NCBI RefSeq assembly: GCF_004010195.1
Contig: NC_057718.1
Coordinates: 60,770,795 to 60,823,216 of the forward strand
Source: Chiloscyllium plagiosum
Taxonomy: Eukaryota
Direction: 5' to 3'
Length of the DNA: 52,422 bases
Notes under the pieces: model-generated
The model's database searches: none
Seen by the model: the letters and a program-made list of their open reading frames with translations, nothing else
What the model was told of the DNA's origin: nothing
Position numbers and translations under genes: made by a program
Part shown: piece after piece, positions 1-10,540 of the stretch
How the letters are laid out: every line of letters begins with the position of its first letter
How positions within the stretch are numbered: the stretch's first letter is position 1

Positions 1-394
1 TACACTCCCCAAACCCAGTAAAGAATGCTTGAGATTTCCCTACAACTCCATGTCCATTTAGTATGGAACCTGCTTTTCCATCAAAAACCCCTTTCCCATT
101 GCTCATCAGTTTCTGCTGCTAATGACTACAGGCACACTTTTGATAAATATCCTCTTGTGGAAGGATTATGACACAAAAACTAAATGAGACGTTATTCTCT
201 GCATTGCTGCATTTCTCATTGCAACTACAGTCCTATTCCAACGTGCAGGTCAACTAGTGATTTTTATAGGATTTCAGGAAATGTTAATCTAATAGGCTCT
301 GCTTTCAAATTGGCAGGACTTCCCTGTTCAAGACTGTTCCCTATCCTGCTGACTGTCTTGCCTATGTTGGGTGGTGAGAGGAGATATCGGCTTT

Positions 395-630
395 GTTGTA
401 ATTTCATTGCAGAACTAATCCAGAGGCCCAGGTTAATGCTTTGGGGAAATGGCTTCCCATCCCATCATGATAGTTAGTGAAATTTACATCAATTAATATA
501 ATCTGGATATGAAAGCTGGCTGAAACTATAATTAATGGATGTAAAATTCAGTCTGGTTTACTAATGCCCTTTAAGCAAGGAAATCTGAAGTCCTTACGTA
601 GTCTGACATGTATATGACTTGAGATCTTCA
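395..630 (+). mobile_element. Degenerate SINE, same family as 50352-50837
   Basis: Blocks ctaatccagaggcccaggttaatg, tctggtttactaatgccctttaagcaaggaaatctg and tccttacgtagtctgacatgtatatgact resemble the reverse complement of 50352-50837. Confidence 0.6.
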
Positions 631-1227
631 ATAATATGTATTCATAGGATCCTCTCAGTGTAAAAAGAGGCCATTTGGTCCATAGCATCTGCACCGAACA
701 TCCAAACAGCATCTCAGCCAGACCCAGCCACCCCAACCCTATTCCCCTTAACCCTTGCATCTACCAGTTTTCTGAGTAAAGACCTCTTCTGAGGTGTATG
801 TTTAAGCACATTTTTGGTGACTGGCACAAAGCCAGTGTTGGTTTTATAAAACATTGGGCTGCATTTACCTCCTTCCTGCAGAAAATGTGAACAATGACAA
901 GTCAATTAGGAAAGTATGACAAAATAAAAAAAAATTCTAAAATTTGAGAAAAAGTCCAGTTTTGCATGCAAGGTTTGAACAATTTGATGGGAATCTTACG
1001 AGTGAGTAGCAAGAGACCATTTGCATATATCTGCATCTCATTGTTACCTTTTCTTGGCTCACTTAAATAGTTTGCTTTTCTCCCACACAGCAGAGAGAAA
1101 TTAGATAATTCCTGGCATGAAAGATGGGGGGTGGTGGTGATGGTGAGGGGTAGTACCTGGAAGCTTATGACTTGCCCTTCTGCACCTCCACCTTAGCCAG
1201 TTTTCCCAAAATCACAAGGCACACTCC

Positions 1228-1570
1228 AGCTCAACACTGTCCTCATGACCTGTTTTACCTGCCAATCTCCCTTCCCACCTATCCACTCCACCCTCCTCTC
1301 TGACCTATCACCTCCATCCCCACCCCATTCACCTATTGTACTCTTTGCTACCTTCCCCTACCCTCCTCTCTGAACTAGCACCTTCACCCCCACCCCCAAT
1401 CACCTATTGTACTCTTTGCTACCTTCTCCCCAGCCCAACCCCATTTATCTCTCTACCCTGCAGGCTCCCTGCCTCATTCCTGGTGAAGAGCTTTTGCCTG
1501 AAACGTCGATTTTTCTGCTCCTTGGATGCTGCCTGACCTGCTGTGTTTTTCTAGCACAGCTCTGATCTAA
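1228..1570 (+). mobile_element. Penelope-like element 3' fragment/pseudo-LTR with decayed HHR
   Basis: C-rich tract, then cctggtgaagagcttttgcctgaaacgtcgat and ggatgctgcctgacctgctgtg, shared with the 3' end of the GIY-YIG copy at 14537-14992. Internal ~70-bp tandem duplication (1291-1360/1361-1430). Confidence 0.85.
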
Positions 1571-1582
1571 ACATTCTAAGTA

Positions 1583-2284
1583 ATGACCACTCTGCATCTT
1601 TTGTCCATGGAGGTTGGCATCAGTCGTGCACCAGCCCCGCCACATCACCAGGGCATATTTCTGACTCACTTAGAATATAGTTCTCCACTTAAATACTACA
1701 CTTGGGAGCACATACACATATTACATCGTAATGATGCAGCCAGGCCACTTGTACAAAGGCATCCATCTCAAGCATGGGAACAGAATGTTATGCATCTCAA
1801 GATGTTAAGCTTGCTTTCTTAGCTTTGATTTATTTTCCTCATAGATGGGTGCTTACATTATCTTTATTTTGCCTTACCTTGATTTTTGTGCCTGGCCCAT
1901 TCATTCATAATTGTTAGCTCACTGTATTTCTATTTTGCCTTGCCTTTTAGCACAGACATAATTCCAGGGAGCCTGTCATGATTTCCAGCAATGATCTGTC
2001 AAGGGGATGAACAGGTTGCTATACAGCATTGTGATTCATCAATATCACACCTACAGCATGTGCCAGAAGCTTTCATGACAAATATACTGCAAATGCTTTC
2101 ACCAAATTGCTATGCTGCAGAGTTGAAAGGGAGTCGGCCTCGGGGGTATCACCACAGTAAGTCAAGGACATCATCCAATTTCAGAGCTCATGCTTGGACA
2201 TGGCCAGACAGCAATTTGGGGAAATGGGGTCCGGCATCTGTATTGCTACAGTTTGGGAAGTGGGTCATGGTGCTGCAGGTCTAA
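1583..2284 (+). pseudogene. Highly decayed Harbinger (PIF) transposase remnant
   Basis: ttccagggagcctgtcatgat (~1962-1982) reads F-P-G-S/C-H-D across a frameshift, like the Harbinger PGSxHD motif. Upstream GIS-like motif is weak. Confidence 0.35.
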
Positions 2285-2290
2285 CGCAGC

Positions 2291-2815
2291 CATAGAGTCA
2301 TACAGAATGGAAACAGACCAATCCATGCTGACCATAATCCCAAACAAAACTAGTCCAACCTGCTTGTGATTGGGCCACCCCTCTCCAAACATTCCTTATT
2401 CATGTATTTATCCAAAAACCTTTTAAATGTTGTCACAGTACCTGCATTCACTTGAAATTCATTCCACATACAAACCAATTGCCCTTCAGGTCTTTTTAAA
2501 ATGTTTCTTCTCTCATCTTCAAAATATACCCCTTGGTCTTGAAATTCCTTACCCTGAGGAAAAGACACCTGCCATTCACTTTATTTATACTCCTCATGAT
2601 TTTATAAACCTCTATAAGATTGCCCCACAACCTCCTTACGCTCCAGTGAAAAAAGGCCCCAGCCTGTCCTTATGACTCAAACCCTCCATTCCCAACAACA
2701 TCCTGGCAAATCTCTTCTGTACCCTCTCCAGCTTAATAATATCTTTCTTATAACAGGGTGACCAGAAATGGACACAGTATTCCAGAAAAAAGCCTTCCCA
2801 ATGTCTTGTACAACC
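2291..2815 (-). mobile_element. CR1 LINE 3' fragment
   Basis: Minus-strand ORFs give CR1 ORF2 C-terminal motifs (WNEFQVNAGTVTTFKRFLDKYMNKECLE). The tail is a short tandem repeat (catagagtcatacag). Confidence 0.9.
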
Positions 2816-3602
2816 AGTTCAGGGATTAGTAGGAAGTCCTCTGGGGGGCTGTTCAGATGTGGCCAGTTAGGATTAAAGAAATGTCCCTTCAAATTGGTCA
2901 CTGGTTGAGGTGGTTGGGGAATGCCACTTCAAGGGGTGCAGGGGTGCCACAGTCAGTCCTGAGCAATGACAAGATAGTATGCTATCCCGTGCATGGTGGA
3001 AAGAGTAACATTCCCTTAGACAGGGTTCTACGATGATCTGGTGCTAAGGATGGTTGATTTTTGTCACTGCAGTTACAATGGCAGTGAATTAGACAAGTGA
3101 CAATATAAAATAGCAATAATATATGAATATGACCTTCTATTTCCCAATGTTCTGTCACTCATACGACTTGCATGCCCACAGAAACTTTTCTTTTCTGTTT
3201 CCCTCATACTGTTGCGGCTGGCAGCCACTGTGCTGGTGCATAGCTCAGCTTTAGAAATGGCACAGTGGTGGAAACCCTGGCAGTGGCAAATATTTCCACC
3301 ACTGGTGAAATCAAGATAGCTCAAGATTGACCCTTCAGAGACCTGGTATATACATAATGAGGTGAGCTGTGGAGAATTGTGTGAGACCACTCACTGGGAC
3401 CCATCGAGAGAAACCCTCCGTAAGACTCCGGAAAATTGTCACTTAGCAAAGTTTGGGTAAAATTCCTATTCTGCCAGTAAAGAGACTTATGGCCAGGAAT
3501 ATACATCGGAAATTGAGGTGCATAGTGCCTAGTATTTGCAATCCATCATTTGTTTGAACTTTGTGAGATCAAGCCCCTGAATTCCAAATATGCAGTTGAG
3601 CA

Positions 3603-3780
3603 GGACAAGAACAAAAACAGAAGTTGCTGGAATGGCTCTGCAGGTCTGGTAGTATCTGTGGAGAGAAATCAAAGTTAATGTTTCTGGTTCAGTGACAGAT
3701 GCTGCCAGACCTGCTGAGCCTTTCCAGCAACTTCTGTTTTTGTTTCCGATTTCCAGCACCTGCAGTTCTTTTGTTTTTTG
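3603..3780. mobile_element. Short fold-back Penelope-derived insertion
   Basis: aaaacagaagttgctggaa...gcaggtctggtagtatctgt (~3613-3659) is an imperfect inverted repeat of acagatgctgccagacctgct...ttccagcaacttctgtttt (~3695-3740). Confidence 0.8.
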
Positions 3781-4980
3781 TTGAGTCTGGAAGTAAATTT
3801 GTAACAATTCATTAGCTCCTTTTAGACCATATCCATTTATGCCATTATCTTTAATTCCCTAGTTTAAATCCAGTTGGTGATGTACTGCTTCACACGAGTG
3901 ACATGGGTCAATTTCACTGCTAATGTATATTTCTGCATACATAGGATAATATATGTATATTGTACTTATATATATTTTATGTATTTATGTATTTACTTAA
4001 TTTACCTAAATTTGTACCAAATTGCATCCAGTACAATACATTTGATTGATTCTATTAGTCTGTGAATGTGCAGCAAATGTTTTCTGTCAGTAGATGCAAG
4101 TATATGTTTTGCATGCGTTTATTACCTAGTTTATAACACGTTATCCTCCAACTATTGTGTACCAACTTATTTATTAGTGTACACTATAAATGTAAATTGT
4201 GTCAATTTGCATGGAAGAAAATCTAGAAAATACAAATCATATTTTCTTTACAGTCTAAAAAATGGTATGAATTCAGTTTCGACTCCTCAATACTTTATAA
4301 ATCTGCATTCTTTATGTTGAGAATTTAACTTATCTAAAGTGTAAATCCCACTGAAAATGTGTTCAATCCAAACCTGTCTTCAATGTCCTCAAATTTTAGA
4401 TGAAGACATTTGATTCAAAACCAATTTTCTTGATAGTCCAATTTGTTATTTAATCCAGCAGATATGCTTTGAAAGAAAAAAGAAAGAAAGTGGAACAGAA
4501 TAATAAAAGAGAAGAGTATGGCCTTGAAATTATGCTATAGAAATTCTAACTTAAGCTGTTTTTAATTCTTTCATGTAAAATTCTTTTATCTATTATTTTA
4601 GCAGATATTAACCTATTTAAAATAAAGACAAAGAAATATCACGCAACACATTAAATCTTTGGAATGTTAATATTTCTATCACAGAGATTCAGAGTCAAAG
4701 AGGCAAACTTGTTCAAAAAATCCAAAAGTAGGAAGTCATAGAATGGAGATAACTATTATGTGAAACTGTCTCCAGTTTTCTTCTTCATTATAAATAACTA
4801 CTTGGTGAAAGGAACGCACCAAAATAGTCCAAGTCCTGCTTTTTATGGTTGTTCTCTTCATAAGAAAAGATTCTTGCATTACAATTTTAATCTTAACTGG
4901 CAAGTCAAAATGAAATGCTTAGCATCATCAACAAGAACAGAAGTATTATTATTTAGTTTAGTTTAGGTGAATAGACTCTT

Positions 4981-5090
4981 GACGTGTAGTGGTAGTGTCC
5001 CTACCTCTGAGCCAAGAGACTCAGGTTCAAATCCCACCTGCTCCAGTGGTATGTAATAACATCTCTGACAGGTTAATTATAAAATATCAA
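4981..5090 (+). mobile_element. Short tRNA-derived SINE
   Basis: A-box-like tgtagtggtagt and B-box ggttcaaatccc. Related copies at 9195-9297 (-) and 36360-36460 (+). Confidence 0.75.
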
Positions 5091-5094
5091 TACT

Positions 5095-5290
5095 CAACAT
5101 AAAGTCATGTCACATAATATGACCTGAAGCATTGTTAAATAGTAGGTTTTAAAGAGAATCTCAAAGGAGAGAAGTAACAGCAAGGTTTAGGGAGGAAATT
5201 GCAGAACGCAGGACCCAGGCTACCGGTAGCAAGGTCTTTGATGGAGCGATGAATACCAGGCCAGAATTGGGGAAACACAAGAATCTCTAT
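5095..5290 (-). mobile_element. L2 LINE 3' fragment
   Basis: taggttttaaagagaatctcaaaggagag...ggtttagggaggaaattgcaga resembles the antisense of fish/shark L2 3' regions (recalled consensus). Confidence 0.6.
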
Positions 5291-6544
5291 GCAACCATTC
5301 CCAATCACAAAGGGGAGATATTAGAGAGTTCTCTGCTACCGTACAACTCATGTCGAAAAAAATACTTGTCACAAGTATCTCTGCATGAATTGTAATGTTT
5401 GTATTTCAGAACCTTTCCCCATTTAGTGGGAGGATTACTGCTAGCTTTTGCTATCTTCAGATCAAAGTGTGAAACAGCCAGTGAATACCAGTGCAGGGTC
5501 AACTACAGTCGCTAAAATTGAACAAGACCATGATGACAAGTTATATCTTAAGGAGGCATTTTCACTAATTGTCTACTGCTTGAATGTTGTAAAATAGAAT
5601 TCAATGAGATTTTAGTCAAACACCAAAATCCACTGCTGTAAAATTTCAAGATGCTCACCACATTATAAAGTTCTCAGCTAAAACATCTGTTTTGACTAAC
5701 ACTCCCAGTCTTCCAGGTAGTCAATGTTACTGTGAGGTAAAGCACATAAGTAAGGCATACTCTAGTTATAAAGAGCAAAATAGTTGGCTCTAAATACCAT
5801 AATGCATTAGGTAGTGAAGCTTTTGGTTCATATTGCTCTTAATTCAAAATTATCAAATGTTGATGATCTAATCATGAAGTTTTAAAATCTAAAATTTCAG
5901 GGGATGCCATAAACTGGGAAGGAGAACTTGAATGTTTTGTAAACACTGCCTGAATGTTGAGAATATATTAGTTGTTTGTTAAAATTCTGGAGTATTTGTA
6001 ATCATTTATAACTTAAACTGGTGATTTTGTAGGCAGGCAATAATATCTGTGTGAGAAGATTAATGATTGCAACATGAATATTGTATGATTTCACAAAATA
6101 AACCATCACGTTCTAAAATAATTATGTATATATTCTTTTCTTTGTTACATTGTGGGTTTTGTTTTCAAGGTTATGTTCTTAAAGTTGTTGTTGTATTCCA
6201 TCTATTTCAAGTGTTTCAAGATTTTTTTTCAAAGAAACATTTATTTTGTGTTCATTGAGGTGAGAGACTTTAGTGTACAAGAAGGAATACTTTGCATTTC
6301 AGACATTCAGATCTGATTTTCAACCACCCATGGGCACAAGGTCTGGGCCAGACAGCATACTTTGAAAATTGTGCTCTTGGGTTATGTATCAGTCTTACAA
6401 AGGGAAGATGCCAAATCCATGTTTCCAATTAACTTTCTATTAAGCATGTTGAAGAACTTATTAGCAGGCTGAAGCAAGATAGATTCAAATTTATATTTGA
6501 GGGAACTGTTTTGTAAACATAATGCAGAGTTTATCGCTGGTTAT

Positions 6545-6774
6545 TGAAATAACTCCAGAGAAGACAGTATCCATCACCAAATCACCTTTTATTTACACAT
6601 GAACGGTCTTTAGCACTGTCTCATTCAGAGTCGTGTATCAGAGTGTCAGTATCTATGACACTCACTCTTTTTATCTGTTAGCCAGGGCTCCCTGATTAAA
6701 TCAGATTAACAGTCCCAATCAGGGAACTCATATTCTATGACATCCAGTTGGCTTACCTCATTACAATCACTCCA
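6545..6774 (-). mobile_element. Solo LTR (~230 bp), probably Gypsy- or BEL-type
   Basis: TG...CA ends, minus-strand AATAAA (tttatt), flanks gttat/gttac (5-bp TSD, 1 mismatch). Homologous to 10322-10540. Confidence 0.8.
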
Positions 6775-7499
6775 GTTACTTTACTCAGTTACTTATTTCG
6801 ATTTCTGCTGGTGTTACAGCCAGTAGGTTTGTACTGAATTTGACCAAATATTGACAATGTGTCAGGTTTGTGGTTTCATGAATGGTTTCTCTCCATAAGT
6901 TCTAATGAATTATCTCACACAGTCCTCTGCTGCTTACTTTACATGCACCACACCTCCCCAGCAGCATGGAATTTGTGTGCACGCCATGTAGCAAAACCCT
7001 CTGGGACTTTCTGAGAGTTATACCACCAGGTCAAATGCTGCCAGCCACAAATAGCCCTGCACAGTATACCTCGTGGGAGGACAAAAGAGGACATACGGGT
7101 AACATGGATGACGTGCAGTGGAGAGTAAGAATCTCTCATTCATAAGTACACAGCCTCTTTACATCATCATCTATCTGATCATCTGTCATAGTAACTGCAA
7201 TGACAAAACTGAAACTGCAGAGGGTACCTGTCCGAAGCATCATACTTTGTTAAAGCCTGTCTGAAGGAGTGTTATTGTTAATATCCAGCACAGCATTATA
7301 TCTTGTCATTGTTCAATGCGGGGAGGATAACATGCTATAAAACCTTCAAATTGTTATTAATGATAACTTTTAATGAATAGCAGGAAAAGTGAAGATGCAA
7401 CAAGTGAAAAGCTGTATTTCCTTCCAGGAAAGAAACAGAGGCTGCTTGCTTTCAAGTAACAATAAATTTACATCAATTACTGATGACTTCACTCAACTC

Positions 7500-8460
7500 A
7501 CATCTATTGCACCTTCTTCTTCCTGGCTTGTCATCGCTGTATCGTGCCAAAGTTGATGATCTTTCTATTCAATGTTCAATGTCCCCCCTTGGAAGATTGC
7601 TGCTGCTTTTCCAGCTCTTCACTGCCCATGACATCCACACTTTGCCTGCTCCAGTTGTGTAGATAAGTATGCTAGAATTATGTGACACACTCTGCTGCAG
7701 TGTACCGAAAGATCCTCCTGGCCCATTCCAAGAGCCAGTTCCTTCAGGAGGCCTATCGTCCACTCTATGATCTACCCAACTGAAAGAATGGGCTGCATTG
7801 TATTTACAATAGGCATCAATCAGGAGGTTGCAGACTGAAGTCATCAGCCATAACTGTAAAGACTACTCTTGCCTCTCAGTAACAGTCATTGAAAGGCATC
7901 TGGGCATTTTCTATTGATGAAGTCAGTGCCTTATGATATTGCACTCTCAATGCAAATTGCACACAGTCTATAGTAATCTTTACTGGGCTATGTTGACAAA
8001 GCCTGCAGCACTGATCTTGACACAGGGAAATGAGATGAGGTGGCATGATCTGGTCCAAATTGTAATGGTAATAATCGTGTTACGTTTGAGGGTTAACGGC
8101 TGTGAGATTCCATGCAGCTCCCTTATGGATCTTTGGATGCAACCAGTTGCATTAAAATTGAGTACAACTGTCACTTGGGAACAAGATGTCCACCCAGTCA
8201 TTCAGGTCGTAAATCCCTCAGGAGCAGGTGACGCCATTCTGTGACAGTGTCCCTCGACATCCTCAATCTGTTGCAGGAATGCACTCACTCGCCTGGAAGT
8301 AATGGCATTGAGATGGATGGGCTCTGGACTTCTCAACAATCTCTAAATCCTGAGGGGAGCTTCAGTTGCAGCTATTTCATGTGGAGGCTATTGCTGTTTC
8401 TGAGTTTGTTGGTACATTTGTTCCTCTTCAGTTTCTCTATATTTTTGTGTACAGTGGCTT
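7500..8460 (-). pseudogene. Harbinger transposase pseudogene (HARBI1-like DDE family)
   Basis: Colinear motifs in shifting frames: RLRMSRDTVTEWRHLL, VTVVLNFNATGCIQRSIRELHGISQ, ITIDCVQFALR, MTSVCN...KYNAAH, GPGGS. Frameshifts and an apparent internal deletion of the PGSxHD region. Confidence 0.85.
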
Positions 8461-9194
8461 GAATGAGATACCCCCTGCTGTGGCTGCCTTTATTGGTCAT
8501 AGTTGCAATGAACCAACTTAGAAAACATCAGAATCAGAACACATCATTATTGATATCAACAGCCAGCATTCCGTCATTCTCAAATTATAGCTTATTATAC
8601 TCCTCCGTACAATGGAGTATGGATGCCATTACCAAAGAGAGCCACTGAATGGCATTATGTGGACCTTTCACATAGCAGTCCTTATCCTAATGAACATAGC
8701 ACAAGCCATGCCATGCAAATATAATAGAAAATTGTAATAACCCAAAAAAGGTAGCAACACATATAGGAGTACATTGGTGAATAACTACAGTTAAAGGTGA
8801 AAGGATATCTGCGTCCTTATGCAGCCAATTTTCTTGTGAATAGTGGTCCACAGGTGAGACTTTTAAACTTGTCTGTGATTACTTTTGCTTCACAAAGATG
8901 GTTCTGATCATTTTGTCATGTACAATGGCTTGTAGATTGCTTTGACCAGGCTTTCTACCCTGCATAGTTGGTTGCCACATGCACTTTGCAGAATTCTATG
9001 GCTACAGACATCTTTAACCTGCATTGTCTAAGTGCCTGATTAATGTAATTGGCAATTGAAGGGCCTCATATCACTCACAAGTACAGCCCACACTTCAGAC
9101 AGAAAACACTTACACTATCCAGTCTGGGTGTGGTGGCAGCCATTTTTTATTTTCATTACACATTTGCGATTTGGAATGTTTAAAAAAGATTAAC

Positions 9195-9297
9195 ATATTT
9201 TTCATATCAACCTGTTCAAAAGTGTTATTACACACCTGTGGAGCAGGTGGGACTTCAACCCAAGCCTCCTTATCCAGGAGTAGGGACACTACAGGGC
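9195..9297 (-). mobile_element. Short tRNA-derived SINE
   Basis: Reverse complement of the 4981-5090 family (ggagcaggtgggacttcaaccc...gtagggacactac). Confidence 0.75.
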
Positions 9298-9305
9298 CAA
9301 AGCCC

Positions 9306-10250
9306 ATAGGAGTCAGCGCTGGGGCTTCAATTACGTTCACCCTATATTAAAGATATGAATGGAGGCACTGGCTGTATTGCAGTCAAATTTACAGATGGTG
9401 AAAGGAGAAGTAGAAAAGGATGATCCATATGGTCTCCAAAAGGATATAAATTGGTTAATTGAGTGGTCAAAAAATTATTATATGGAGTGCATTGTGAAAA
9501 AAATGAGCTTGCCAGGCTTGGCTAGAAGAATACAAAAGCAGTATCTTACTTAAAGAAGAGGGAGAGACTACAGAATACTATGATGCAGAGGGATTTTGGT
9601 GTTCTTGTATATGATTTGCAGGTTCAGTAAGTAATTATGAAAACAGAAATATTACTGTCTTATTGAATTGGAGATGCAGTATAAAAGTGGGAAGTCTTGC
9701 AATATCTGTACATATAACTGGCATTTGGAGTACTGAGTACAGCTGTAGCCTCTTTGTTTAAGAAGGATATACTTGCATTCAAAACAATTCATAAATAGCT
9801 CATAAGACTGATTCCTGGATAAAGGAATTCGCTTACAAAGAAAGGTTGGGTGGTTTGGCTAAATATTCATTGGAGTTTAGAGAAATAGAGATGATCTTGT
9901 TAAAACATAGAACATAAAGGAGGCTTAACCAGGTATATTTCAACAGGATGACCCTTGTGGATGAATCGCACAGTATAAAAATAAGGAATGAGATAAAGAG
10001 GAAGTTTTTCACAAAGTCAATAGTCTTCAAACTTTTCTTTTCAGAGAGCATTGGAAGCCAGGATTGAGTATATTCAAGGCAGTGTTTGATGGTTTTCTCC
10101 TCTGTAATTGAGACAAGTTATATGGAAAAGTTGGGGTTGGGCAGGTAGAAAGGTGAGATGAAGGCCACATTGAGATCAACAATGATTGCATTAATTGAGT
10201 GAGACATTTAAGAAGCTGAATGGCCTACTCCTGTTCCTATTTCTTATTAT
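9306..10250 (+). mobile_element. Old CR1 LINE 3' portion
   Basis: RT C-terminal remnant LQKDINWLIEWSKNYYMECIVKK. The 3' UTR ends gctgaatggcctactcctgttcctatttcttat. Confidence 0.85.
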
Positions 10251-10321
10251 TTTATCTCCTGATGAACTTCTGAAGGTGAATAGATGAGTTGTCACATTCA
10301 CATAAAACATCTGATTGTCTC

Positions 10322-10540
10322 TGAAATAACTCCACAGAGGCCAATATCCTGTCACCAAGTCACCCTTTATTTACACGTGGAGAGTTTTTGACACTAATCC
10401 AGCTCCCTCAGAGTCAGCTCTCAGAGTGAACAGAAAGTCTGACAGTGTTGTTTACATCTCTCAGCCAGGGTTCCCTGACTGGACCAGATTAACAGCCCCA
10501 ATCAGGGAACCACCTAGCTGATCTCATTACAATCACTGCA
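10322..10540 (-). mobile_element. Solo LTR
   Basis: TG...CA ends and a perfect 5-bp TSD GTCTC (10317-10321, 10541-10545). Homologous to 6545-6774. Confidence 0.88.

Noticed and set aside
5694..5743. Microexon candidate (gactaac branch-like, ttccag, gag|gtaaag)
   Set aside because: Possible lengths (20 or 28 nt) are not frame-preserving and the signals are compatible with chance.
7500..8460. Domesticated HARBI1 gene
   Set aside because: Multiple frameshifts, stops and a deleted catalytic segment mark it as a fossil transposase.
6545..10540. One full LTR retrotransposon bounded by the two LTR copies
   Set aside because: Each LTR has its own TSD, and the interior is Harbinger, SINE and CR1 with no gag/pol, PBS or PPT.
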